DNA of 64,000 nt from Epiperipatus broadwayi (GCA_028023455.1 JAQFVV010000010.1:3596001-3660000); one strand, 5' to 3'. Shown: positions 40,596 through 52,486, numbered from the stretch's first letter. Numbers and translations: made by a program. The notes: generated by a model from the sequence alone, not told the origin.

Positions 40596-41239
40596 ATCTA
40601 AAATAGCAATTTTGTGCCAGTAATGCCTTACTTTCATCCTATCTGCAGGAAATATTTATTCAGGACTCTTTGCAATAGTGACACCATTTTTGTGGACTTT
40701 ATTATATGTATTGCTGGGATCTATGCATTGTGGTTCAAAATATGTTTCGGTCCACTAAAGGTAATATTTATCTTACTTTTTATGTTTCTGCTAATAATAA
40801 TGTTAAATATTTATATTAAAAAGCCTTTTAAATTATTTTGCTCTAGTTGTCATTTTATTTAGTTAAATATGTTTGTTCATGTTTTTATTCAAGCCCATGA
40901 CTGAAATAATTTGTGAGTTCAGACACAGCACATTCATTAATCATCTAAATTTTGCAAAGGATATCATTATTCCTTTAAAAATAATGCTTCAGAGATTTAA
41001 AAAATATTACGAGCTAATAATTGAAAGTAAAAAAGTAGAACTAAAGATAATTAATCAAAAGGCAAATTATAAAGTCTTTTTGAACATGTGGAAAGTAATA
41101 AATTAAAAGAATTTAATAACTATAAACACAATGAAAACATAATTTCTTTCCACTTGCTATCCTATTCTGCATTGATTTATATATATAAATAAAATACTAT
41201 ATACATCTTTTATAAACACTTTTCAATGCAATTTAATAT

Positions 41240-43100
41240 AATAATATTTATTTTTCCTTGCTTACAATTTCAATTATCTAGCAGTCATCATCAGAGCTAC
41301 ATTGTTCAAATAGGTACTTATCTATGCATATATACTTATAAACAATACAATCAATATACTATGTTATGAATTTTAAAATAATATAATTTTTCAATGATAC
41401 CTATAAGATATATCCTTATTCATTTGTAATTAATATTACTTTTTATCTTAATCTTAATTGATTTTCTTTTATATCATTCATTTTAATATATACTTTTCAA
41501 CATTTGTACTACTTTCAAACTTTTTAATAATTTATTTTTATCATTTTAATAATAGTAATAACACAATATTTTTATATAGTTCCATTTTTTCAATTTATAA
41601 TTTTTCTTAAATAACTTTATCTCTTTTAAACTGTTATCAATTTCTAAACAAGTTTTAACTGAAATAATTTTAATCTTCTTCTATGAGCATCTTTTAAAAC
41701 TACATCTCTTTTTTCTATTTTTTTTATTAACCTATACATATTTATTTAACTAACAAAGAATATTTTTTATAAAATAAACATCTTTAAACCCAAATCCTTA
41801 TTAACGATAGCCTAAATTAATATAGCTTTTTTTATTTTTATATCTCTTTTATTGTTAATATAATTAATCATTTTTATACTATTTTTTTCAAATTGATGTC
41901 CTATCTCCAATGAATGTAAATAAACAGATCTTTTATCATATTTGTGTTGGGTTAATCTTGTATAAATTGTGTATTTTGTTTTAACTATATAATTATTTCT
42001 AATATTGTTAGTATAACATGATTTACACTCAATTTTATATACACGATTTATACAATTTTCTAAATATGTAGAAAATTTTATAAATGGAGTATATAAAATT
42101 GAATGTAAATAATGTTAAGCTAATAACATTAGAAGTTATTATGTAGGCGAAACAAAGTACTCAATGTATACAAGATTAAGCCAATACAAATTTAATAAAA
42201 TATCATGTATTTATTTACATTCATTGGAGACAGAACATCAATTTGAAAAAGATAATATAAAGATGTTTAAATAAAATAAAAATTTATATAACATTACAAT
42301 ACTAGCCAAAAAAAAACTAAACTTTACTAAAACTTTGATGGTAAAATATTTTGAATCTGAGGTCATCAATCTTATGAAGACATCCTTTGATGTTAAAGGA
42401 AGTTGGATTTTGAAGTGAATGATGGGAAGGTTATTTTTTGGTATATATTAGTTGAATTTAATTTGAAAAGGTTTATTGGTTAATAAATGAAACCATGGTT
42501 GTAGAAAAATTTTAGTAAAATTTAATCTTTTTTGCTAGTACTATAATGTTATATGAATTTTTATTTATTATTACTAGTATAACATTATGTGATATTTAAA
42601 AGATGATTAATTTACTAACAATAAAAGAGATAGAAAAATAAAAGAAGGTATGTTAATTTAAAATATTAGACCATCCTTAAATAAAGATTTGGATTTAAAG
42701 ACATTAATTTTATAAAAATATTATTTGTTAGTTAAATAAATAAATATGTATAGCTTAATAAAAAAAAAGATGCAATTTTAAAAGATGCTCATAGAGGGAG
42801 ATAAGATGATAATGTAAGAAAATTTAAAAATGTTTTTAAACAATAAATTATTAAAAATAATTATTAGAAATAAATTATGAAAAAGGAAATCAATTAAGAT
42901 TAAAAATAAGATAAAAATGAATATTAATTAAAAATGAATAAGGATATATCATTACAGGGATCATTAAAAATTATTTTATTTTAAAATTCTTAACATATTA
43001 TACTATTTGTATTGTTTATAAGTATGTTTCCATAAATAAATATATATTTGAATGTTGTAACTCTGATGATGATTGATGGACAGTTGAAACCATAAGCAGG
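41240..43100. mobile_element. Penelope-like element relic with inverted ends (~650-bp arms) and family-2 hammerhead relics at both outer ends
   Basis: 41240-41900 mirrors ~42560-43100. Plus strand 42626-42694 reads RDRKIKEGMLI*NIRPSLNKDLD (PLE GIY-YIG C-terminal R..KE..I...PSLN.D.G pattern). CTCTGATGATGA.TG..GAAA..(G/A)TAAG at 43061-43096 (+) and 41261-41298 (-). Confidence 0.75.
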
Positions 43101-43561
43101 GAGAAATATATTATATTATATTATATTGCATTGAAAAGTATTTATGTAAGCTGTATGTGGTATTTTATTTACAATGAAATCAGTTATGGAATTAAATTTG
43201 GATGGAATGTTTTTCGTAAAATTAATTTAATATTAAAAGAAAATATACCTATGTAATTGAAAGAAAAAATTTGAATAAATATATTTTGCTAGTGCTCATG
43301 TCTGAATATAAAACTTGTATTTATATATTGAAGAACATTGCAGAGAGCAGATTATATAGTGAAGTATGGAGAGACACATGTTAGGATTAGTGAGCAGAGA
43401 TCAAATACACGGATGAGAGAGCAAATAGATATTATTGATAGTATTGAAAGAAGAAAAATAAAAATATGAGTTGGACATAAGTGACAATAGATGGCTTTTG
43501 TCCATGCTTAAGACTTAAACTCGGATAGATCATTATGCTGTGGATTGGTAACATTTGAAAA

Positions 43562-43990
43562 TTAAACCACTAAACATCACATGATCACCATTTCTTATGC
43601 TTGCTCATAACTGTTATTAAAACAGGCAAAACTCTCCTACAGTAGTGCGACTCAGTGCAAACCAGAAATCAATGGATAACCAGAAGGCTTGTGCATAAAA
43701 TCCTTATCTAGTGCCTACTCATCCAATATCCCCAGACTAGTTTTTAGCTTGTGGCTTTTGTCAATGAGGAGCCTTGGATTTGAGAGCAGTGAGGAGCCTT
43801 GGCTCTGGCTCTGAGAACCCAAGACTCCTCACTGATGAAAGTCACAAGCTAGAAACTAGTCTGGGGATGTTAGATGAGTAGGAACTAGATAGGGATTTTA
43901 TGCACAAGCTTTCTGGCATCCATTGATTACTCTGGCTTACACTGAGTGGCACTACTGTGTGGAGAGTTTTGCCTGTTTTAATAACATTTG
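43562..43990. mobile_element. Hammerhead-repeat family 1, locus E (divergent inverted arms)
   Basis: Antisense arm 43562-43790 (mutated hammerhead); sense arm 43812-43990. Confidence 0.9.
43826..43867 (+). ncRNA. Minimal type I hammerhead ribozyme, core intact
   Basis: TCCTCA CTGATGA A AGT-cacaa-GCT A GAAA CTAG TC TGGGGA; GUC cleavage triplet at 43859-43861. Confidence 0.85.
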
Positions 43991-44302
43991 AAAATGATAA
44001 TGATGTTATATGAATAGATATACAGATAGATATATGAATGGATAGACAGATAGATAAATATAGTATTAGTAAATAGTTCATTTTATATAGATAAATATAT
44101 AAATATTTTATTTAGTTACTCATATTTTGTTTTAGGCTGACTTAATGTATCCTATACACAGCCAAGAATATGTTACTTTTGGCATTATATTATTCATCTG
44201 GGAATTCTTGCCAACTTTTATTGTTGTACTGTTTTTCAGGGTTCAGAAACCTCCTCCAAGTTTGGTAAGTTTTTAAAAGTATCCTTTACAGTATTTGTAT
44301 GT

Positions 44303-44518
44303 TAAACCATTAACCATCACATGATCACATTTCCTAAGATCTAGATGCAGTGCTCTCAGATCCAAAGCTCCTCACTGACGAAGGCCACAAGCCAGAAACT
44401 AGTGTGGGGATATTGGATGAGTAGGCATTAGATGGGGATTTTATGCATAAGCCTTCTGGCATCCATTGATTACTCTGTTTAGCACAGGTGGCAATACTGT
44501 ATGGAGAGTTTTGCTCTA
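44303..44518. mobile_element. Hammerhead-repeat family 1, locus F (hammerhead 44369-44410 plus, cleavage triplet mutated to GUG)
   Basis: Short inverted 3'-end stub TTAAACCATTAACCATCACATGATCAC, then sense arm with CTGACGA AGGCCACAAGCCA GAAACTAG TG TGGGGA. Confidence 0.9.
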
Positions 44519-47500
44519 TTTGTATGTTGTAAAAATTAGAAGTATTTGGTTCCCAATAAAAAGAAACAAATAAGTGAGTACTTGATTCAGACCAGACATG
44601 AAATCTCAGTAATAATGTTTAATTTATTTTAAAAGTATATAAAACTTGGAATGGTTGTTAGTGAAATTAAATGTTGTTTAGCAGTGAGCAACCGGAAAAA
44701 TACAAACTTCTTATAAATCATTCTGGAGAAATATTTTTATATAATCAGCCGAAATCATTAAAAGATAGGAAGTTGTCTCTACTGTCATTGATTAGTAAAT
44801 ATCTGAAAAGTTTATAAATGAATATAAACTCCAGTACCATTTCTTTCATGTATTAATGTGTATTTTCATCTGCATATGTGTACTGTTTTTAAGAATGGAG
44901 GAATAACTTGTAATATAAAGTGAATTTTTTTAAATAGTATATCTAAAAATGTGAAAAAAGTAGCTAATTTAACTGGATTTATTTATTCTGCTATTGTTAA
45001 TGTTGAACATCTTTTTAATAATATTAGCATGCAGGATATTTATACACATACCTTGGCCAGGATTATGGTCCTTTTTATGTGTTACATGCTATTCTATTTT
45101 CTACTTGATAAATAGTATTTGACTAATTAGTGAGGCTAATAGCTCATTAGCATGTGATGCAGGGACTGGATTTGCAGACTAGTTTTAGTTATCATAACAG
45201 GACCATCAAACATCTGTGATGAAATTACTATTATCTTCATTTGCTATAGTGCTACTATTTTTTCCAAGTTAATGAATACACCCATAGTCTGGAAGTTTTA
45301 TTTGTCTGAGATGACTTATAACTAAGCTTTTTTTATATGAAATATTCTGTCTTTAGTAGCTTCTCACCTTTATTGTTGTTTGAACATTTAATATAGCTAG
45401 ATGTTTCTCTTTTTTGCTAAAATCTGACTACTTAATCAGCAATATTTTCAAAAATACATTTACCGAATTGCATAACAAGAGTGTTAGTCTGTAATGAAAA
45501 TATTGATAATATTTGTATTTATACAGAATTGAGAGTGTTCTATTAAGATCTAATTATTTTCTAATTTCTACTGCTGATCAGAAGTGTGTCTTGCAAAATT
45601 ATTCCATTATTACTTTATTTTTTTATTAAAGAAAAAATACATGCTAAGGCTGCAATAAAAATATATATTATTGAGTATAGTGTTATTACAAATATTTTTA
45701 TGGGATGTTTTTAGACTGTATTTGAAGGCTTCTGAATGGGGGGATATTGTATCAGGAACTAGTTTTGAACCCTGTTACAAGATAAAGGGATATTAGATAT
45801 TCACACATACCTGTAGATGTGGTAATCGCACATGTCTATTTAAGGCAAAATAACAAGTTTAATTAAGATAGATTTAAGGGAGGTTTTTTGCTCGTTGTTT
45901 TGCTAGAGTGTGTGTATACATTTTATATAACCAAATGTAAAAAAAAACTTTCTGGAAAATGTATAATTTTTTTTTTCATATTTTTAATTAAAAATATGTT
46001 GTTGCTAAAAAAAAATGAAACAGATGTTTATCTACGAAATGCTATTTGCATTAGTTATTGTATAAAGTTATTTTTAAAAATTTCTGAACGGACTGTTTCA
46101 AGATAAAACCTGCTAAAATATTTTCTTTTGTCAAAAAATGAGAAGACAAAAGAAGCCAAAGCTGAAACAGTGGTATGCAGGACTGAGTGGATCAGATGGG
46201 ATAAGATTAAAAATATCGAATATTTTCAGGAGTGATGGGAAAGAGTGCGCCAGGCAAAAGAAATAGAACTTTCTAGAAGAGAGAAAATATAAATAGAAAA
46301 AAAATCTAGAGATTGACGATTATTATTGCCTTGTGAATATTGACTGCTTTTTATTAAATACTATTCTGAATAATTACAATATGCTAATAAAATTACATGT
46401 GCACTAGTATGATGTAAAGTCCGAAACATGCTCGGCTTTATCCCACTGTTCCATGGAGAAAGAAAAATTATGCTCCATAATCCTGTCATTGATTGAAGTT
46501 AAAGTCCATGTCCAAACATGTTTGTCTTGTAAAATACTACAACTCATCATTGTTTCATTGCAAGTTTCAAAGTAAAGACATTTTTTGGATAATCTCTATG
46601 ACCATAGCTTTGCCAAGTAAACTTACTTTTTATGTATATATGATCGATCTGTTCCCCGGAGACCAAAGGTAATCTATATGTTAGTTTTAGTTTATAATCG
46701 TATGAATTATAAATTATATATTTACAGTTTGTAGTTTCATTATATTTAAAATAGTGTAAACAACATTAAAGTAAAATAATTAATTTTTGTCTGTAATAAT
46801 AATTTCTACTTATTATATATATATATATATGCTTGCATTTTACTAAACAATTGAGCACTCTTATTTAGTTAGTCTATTATTTCTATGATTATTTGTTTAG
46901 TCAAAATATATGCATACATTTTCAAATAGTTTAATGTGATCTACTCTGTTATTAACATATATATCTTCATCAGTATAAATACTACCTGCCCTGAGTGAGA
47001 TAGCAGGCTTCTCATCAATCTTATTAACCCATCAGTATAATTCTTATGTAAACCATAGGATTGGTTTGGCACTTGGAATCTGGTAATATTGATGCCCATA
47101 AATATGCTGATAGGGAAATATTATTAGGAATTGTGAAAGATTAATGTTGAGTATATATACATATATTATGTTTATTTCTTTATAGGAGATGAGTTTTAGA
47201 ATAACTTATCTCCAGATCCATGGCAACTATATATCCATCTTAGTAGATTAAAGATAATAGGTTTTGTTCATGAGTAAATCTCATTAATTCATAAATAATA
47301 GGTTTAAGACTGATAGCGTATGATCAACCATTAGAGTTGACCTAATGTAGTTGGATGCATTAGAAGAAGGTTATCACCTGTTACAATATATATGTCTCAT
47401 ATGCTTGCTATACAAATTTCTAGAGAATAAGTGTGCTTAGACTTATAAATTTTTTGATTTTTAGTTTATCTTTAAAATTTATTATATTTTGTTTATGTAA

Positions 47501-48959
47501 ACTAAATTTACTTACTTGAACCAGCTTAAAATATTATTAGAAATAATAATAAGTATTGGAATTTCTAATAATTTTTTTTTTCAAAACAAAAAGATCTAAT
47601 TTTGATAGCCCTGATGGTTGAAAAATTATGTATGTCACAATGAATGCTAGATTAAAAAAAATTCCCTTTTTTTTTCAGATTGACAGATACTAACCATACA
47701 TTCTTATCATAATAATTCATATACAAGACTAGTTAGCTAAAACTGACATCTATTTAACAGAACTCCAATCTAGCTTATTTATGCACCAGGCTTGCCTCCC
47801 ATTCATAACTTTTAAATTTTACTGATTTAACATACATTTATTAATTAAACAAAGTGGAAATAGTTTAAATATACACATTTTAGTAGCATGGCAAGAGATT
47901 GCAATTACAAGCTAATTGTTTTATAAACTAATTTATTATGATTAGTGATGACTAAATTGTGGTGTGATATTTAAATAGAACAAACTATAATCTCCTGACA
48001 TACCTGCTTCTAAGCAGATTAAGTAAATAACTATTCATTAACATATTTCCTAAGATAGAAGACAATAATTAACTAAAGATTAGTTTAAAATTTATACTTA
48101 TTCTTTCAAAATTTCAGATTCAGTCTTTAGGTAATGAAGGAAGTAGATACTTAAAACCAAAGCTATGGTGGATGGTTTAACTAGTTTAAGGAATTTGGCA
48201 TCATATTGAATTTTTAAAAAAACTGACTTGAGACACAATTTTCACAATAACTTCAGTTTTAATAATGTTAGTGCAAAGTGCTCTATATTAACAGAAAGTA
48301 GAAAAACTACAGAAAAAAATAGGGCTAAGACAAATAATGATTACCATTACTTTATTGTTTGTTCATAATTTCAATCCGGCCATTTATTATTTTCTGCCTT
48401 TATCACTTTGTGTAAACTAGAAAATTGATCAAATAGGAAAAAATTAAGTCTGCCTGTTTAAAAAAATATTCAAATTTCTTCTGATTTCAATTGAAAAGAT
48501 GGCATTCAAAAGATATTTTTCAAATGCCTGTATTTCTGTTGATATTATACTTATAGTTTTTACATAATTTAAAAAAGAAAATGAAATTTCAACCAATCAG
48601 CTACGACGCATAACTGACACGCTGTTCTGAGCCAAAATTGTTAAACAATTAATAAAATATAGCTTTTTGTTTATTTAATTATTTAAAATCTTTTTTTAAC
48701 TCAACTGTTTTGTAATACATTCCATGCTAAGAAATTTTAACATAATTTACCATTTTTTCTTAAATATAAATATTTTTTATAAACCTTTTTACATTTTTAA
48801 TTTAAAATATGAATATTATGTATTACTAAAACATTATATAATTTTTTTAAAACTTTTGATTGCTATATATATATATTAGCATCCTCACAACATTGAAATG
48901 AATAAGACATTATTTATTTCAATACATACATAAATAAAATAAAGTGTACACTATAAAAT

Positions 48960-49390
48960 AATATTATAATAAAATTGTAATAAAAGTAATGAATTATAAC
49001 AGTGATAATATCTTATAAATAACTATAATAAGCTTACAGAAGTAATTTCATTTTATTTCTAAATTTTCTTTAATTGAAAACTATTTAAATTTAAGTTTAG
49101 CCAAAGTGAATGTCATCATGTTATATCCCAAGATTTATGAATTTTAATTTTAATTAAAATTCTTCATGAGGAAAGAAAAATTAAGTGGCAATTTTGATAA
49201 ATAAAAGTAGGATATCTTTAATTAATAAATAGTGTTTAATGTATGAATCTTGGGATATAATATGATGGTGTTTATTTCAGTTGAAGAAGATTAAGAAATT
49301 GGCTGAAAGTCTTTGCGATTTATTATAGTTATTTATAAAATCACCATTATAATTCATTATTTTTATTACAAATTTTATATATATTATCAG
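48960..49390. repeat. Diverged AT-rich inverted repeat (~190-bp arms)
   Basis: ATCATGTTATATCCCAAGATT mirrored by AATCTTGGGATATAATATGAT; AATGAATTATAA..TAAATAACTATAATAA mirrored by TTATTATAGTTATTTA..TTATAATTCATT. Confidence 0.75.
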
Positions 49391-49669
49391 TAAATTGCCA
49401 AACTTTTTTTTCAGACTGCATCTGGTTTTTCTTCCCACAGTTATAAGCATGGATTTTTCTTTAGTAATCCAAATCGTTATGATAGTGAAGATGATCTTTA
49501 TAAAAGCTCAGCAACAGGTTCCAGGTAAATCAATTGAGAATTCAAAATAATAGATTAGTTTGTTCTTTTAACTAATATTACAATAACGATAAATATTGAT
49601 AGATATAGATGTACTTAATAACCTCCATACTACCAAATAAATAAAGATATTTTAAAAGACAAATGACTC

Positions 49670-49709
49670 CCAAGAAGCATTTCATGCCGAATCAGCACTC
49701 ATCAGTTGG
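49670..49709 (-). ncRNA. Minimal type I hammerhead ribozyme, family 3 (one mismatch in stem III)
   Basis: Minus strand CCAA CTGATGA G TGCTG-att-CGGCA T GAAA TGCT TC TTGG; stem I CCAA/TTGG; stem III is one change from palindromic ATGCAT. Confidence 0.7.
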
Positions 49710-49847
49710 CCCAAATCTCTATCTCTCAAATATATCTATTATATTTGCATTATTTATCAATAGTAAATTGTAATTGATTTATTTTAATATTTTGAATGTT
49801 GGCTAAGAAGAGCTTTTATTAAGTATATATATGTAGACACAACAGCT

Positions 49848-50997
49848 AAGCCAATAAACATCACATGACCACCACCTCTTATGCTTGTGTATAACTGTTG
49901 TTAAAACAGGCAAAACTCACTATACGTATTGCCACACACAGCAAGCTAGAGTAATCAATGGATGCCAGAAGGCTTGTGCATAAAATCCCCATCTAGTGCC
50001 TACTCATCCAATATCCCAGACTAGTTTCTAACTTATGGCCTTTGTCAGTGAAGAGCCTTGGATCTGAGAGCACTGCACCTAGATCTTAGGATCTAATGCA
50101 ATCCTCTTGCAGCCACCTTTTATCTCCATTTAACTACAAAACCATGAGTCTCAAACTGAAAACACCTTAATGTTTTCAATCCAAGCCCATTAGCTCACAT
50201 AGTCATATGGATCTGAACCCAGTTCAGTACCCATACATTTTGGTGTCTTTGGTTCTTTAATAACCATAGCCACCAGAGTTTTGCCTGTTTTAACAACAAT
50301 TATACACAAGCATAAGAGGTGGTACTCATGTGATGTTTATTGACTTAAAACCAATCCTACCTAATAGAATAGTGGTGGCTATGGTTATTAAAGAACCAAA
50401 GACACCAAAATGTATGGGTACTGAACTGGGTTCAGATCCATATGACTATGTGAGCTAATGGGCTTGTTTTGAGACTCATGGTTTTGTAGTTAAATTGAGG
50501 TAAGAGGTGCTTGCTGGAGGGTTGCATTAGATCCTAAGATAAAACAGGCAATACTCACTATATGTATGCCACACACAGCAAGATATAGAAATCAATGGAT
50601 GCCAGAAGGCTTGTGCATAAAATCCCCATCTAGTGCCTACTCATCCAATATCCCCAGACTAGTTTCTGGCTTGTGGCCTTCGTCAGTGAGGAACCTTGGA
50701 TCTGAGAGCACTGCATTTAGATCTTAGGATCTAATGCAATCCTCCAGCAACCACCTTTTATCTCCATTTAACTACAAAACTATGAGTCTTAGACTGAAAA
50801 CACCTTAATGTTTCCAATTCAAGCCCATCAGCTTATATAGTTATATGGGTCTGAATCCAGTTCAGTTCTCATACATTTTGGTGTCTTTGGACACTAGATG
50901 GAGATTTTATGCACAAGCCTTCTGGCATCCATTGATTTCTCTAGCTTGCTGTGTGTGGCAATACGTATAGTGAGTTTTGCCTGTTTTCACAACAGCT
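49848..50997. mobile_element. Hammerhead-repeat family 1, locus G (four segments, alternating orientation)
   Basis: Antisense 49848-50270, sense 50272-50540, antisense 50541-50890, sense 50891-50997; hammerheads on the minus strand at ~50014-50053 (mutated) and 50651-50692 (intact). Confidence 0.9.
50651..50692 (-). ncRNA. Minimal type I hammerhead ribozyme, consensus-perfect copy
   Basis: Minus strand TCCTCA CTGACGA A GGC-cacaa-GCC A GAAA CTAG TC TGGGGA: all core nucleotides present, 6-bp stem I, palindromic ACUAGU stem III, GUC site. Confidence 0.92.
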
Positions 50998-51434
50998 AAG
51001 CTCATTTTTGGCTAGTGAAGCCAGTTTAATAGCACTCATGAGCTTCAAGATGCATTATGTAATATATATGGAGTGCTAATTTCTGCAAATTGATAATTTG
51101 CATGTTCTATTTTTATTGATTGTGTGGGAATTATAAGAAATAAATCATGCTTCTTTTACCTTTCCCTTTCTATCATCATTTCCAGTATTATCATTTCCAG
51201 TATTGATGATCTTAACATTTACTGGGTTAAAAATGTGGCCAGACTATTGTTCATGCTCTAAGGAAATAGATTTATAATCAGAATTGTTTTTCTGACATTT
51301 GTATAAGTACTTGTGTTATGAGATTCTGGTGGCAATATTTGCATGAGACTACATTTTGATTTACAAGTATCAAACTTACTCCACCCACAATATTGATATG
51401 ATCCACTCATAATATTGATTATCACTAAACATTA

Positions 51435-51755
51435 GAGATTATCCCTAGCCCAAATATAAACTTTAAACTTTAATTAAAGATTAATATATGTTTTTTTTAA
51501 TTAAATGCATACACATTGAGTAATTCAACTTTATTGTTTTTTCCCCATGTGTAATATCTTTTATAGATGTACTTAATAATCTTCATTATCAAACATTATT
51601 CATACATTTTATAATGAATGTTTGGTAGCATGGAAATTATTAAGTACATCTATAAAATGAAGTTGAATACTCCATGTGTTTGAGGTTAATTAAAAACAAA
51701 TATATTAATCTTTAACTAAGGTTGAAAGTTTTTTGTCTGAGCTAGGGATAATCAA
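51435..51755. repeat. Diverged inverted repeat related to the sequence flanking the family-3 hammerhead
   Basis: GATTATCCCTAGC mirrored by GCTAGGGATAATC; TATAGATGTACTTAATAA occurs here (~51561) and at ~49606. Confidence 0.7.
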
Positions 51756-51976
51756 GTTATTAACTACTTCAGGAAAAGAATTTAACAGCTTCTAACTTAT
51801 GTATATTTTATTAGAGTGAACCACTAACTACATAAGTAAACACTTCCCAGTTTGCATATACAGATGGCAAAACTCAAGAGTTTAATGAAGCCATAATTGA
51901 ATTCTTCTCTTATAGAAATTTTTCCAAATTTCATTGTAATTGTTTATGAATAACTGTTTCATAAAAGTTCATGTGT

Positions 51977-52263
51977 TAAACCACTGAACATCACATAATC
52001 ACCATTTCTTATAATTGCTCATAACTGTTATTAAAACAGGTGAAACTCTCCATACACTATTATTGTGTTTTCAATTTTATTCTCATAGTTTTGTAGTTAA
52101 GTAGAGATAAAAGGTGGCTAAAAGCCACAAGCTAGAAACTAGTCTGGGGATATTGGATGAGTAAGCACTAGATAGGGATTTTAAGAAAAGCCTTCTGGCA
52201 TCCATTGATTATTCTGACTCACACTGAGTGGTACTACTGTATGGAGAGTTTTGCCTGTTTTAA
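51977..52263. mobile_element. Hammerhead-repeat family 1, locus H (core deleted)
   Basis: Antisense stub from TTAAACCACTGAACATCAC; sense arm jumps from AAAAGGTGGCT to AAGCCACAAGCTAGAAACTAGTCTGGGGA. Confidence 0.88.
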
Positions 52264-52486
52264 AAGTTCATGTGCCAAATAAATAAACTAAAAAAATTAT
52301 AAAACAAAATAGAAATTGGATTGAATATTTACATATATAATAGAGGAATTCTGAAGTTCATATTTAGATATCTTGATAAAATAGAACTACACATAGATTA
52401 AAACAAGTTCTAACTGCTTGATATATTACAATATATATGAAAAATGTGTTTATTAAAATCACTTGTCAAGAGTTCTGTTTTATCGC

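Larger units (their letters stand above)
23721..44264 (+). other. Candidate spliced host-gene fragment (putative exons 23721-23744, 26217-26323, 44240-44264)
   Basis: CAG/GTAGGT, CAG..AG/GTAAAA and TTTTTCAG..TTG/GTAAGT signals with compatible phases give MNNKEKIQ-SSKSEEKRIIIPLKLYGPPICQLFDHKEHYEATFI-R-VQKPPPSL. No homologue recognised. Confidence 0.22.

Noticed and set aside
28530-47270. Alternative genetic code (TAA/TAG = Gln), suggested by TAR codons at Gln-plausible sites in gag and in exon-like patches (e.g. GDEF*NNLSPDPW at ~47187)
   Set aside because: Conserved Gln residues in the pol and RT relics (AFHQI, PCQ, QSN, QRGF, RQGC) all use CAA/CAG, conserved Trp sites also decay to TAG, and TGA stops occur in several of the same frames. 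C-to-T decay explains it.
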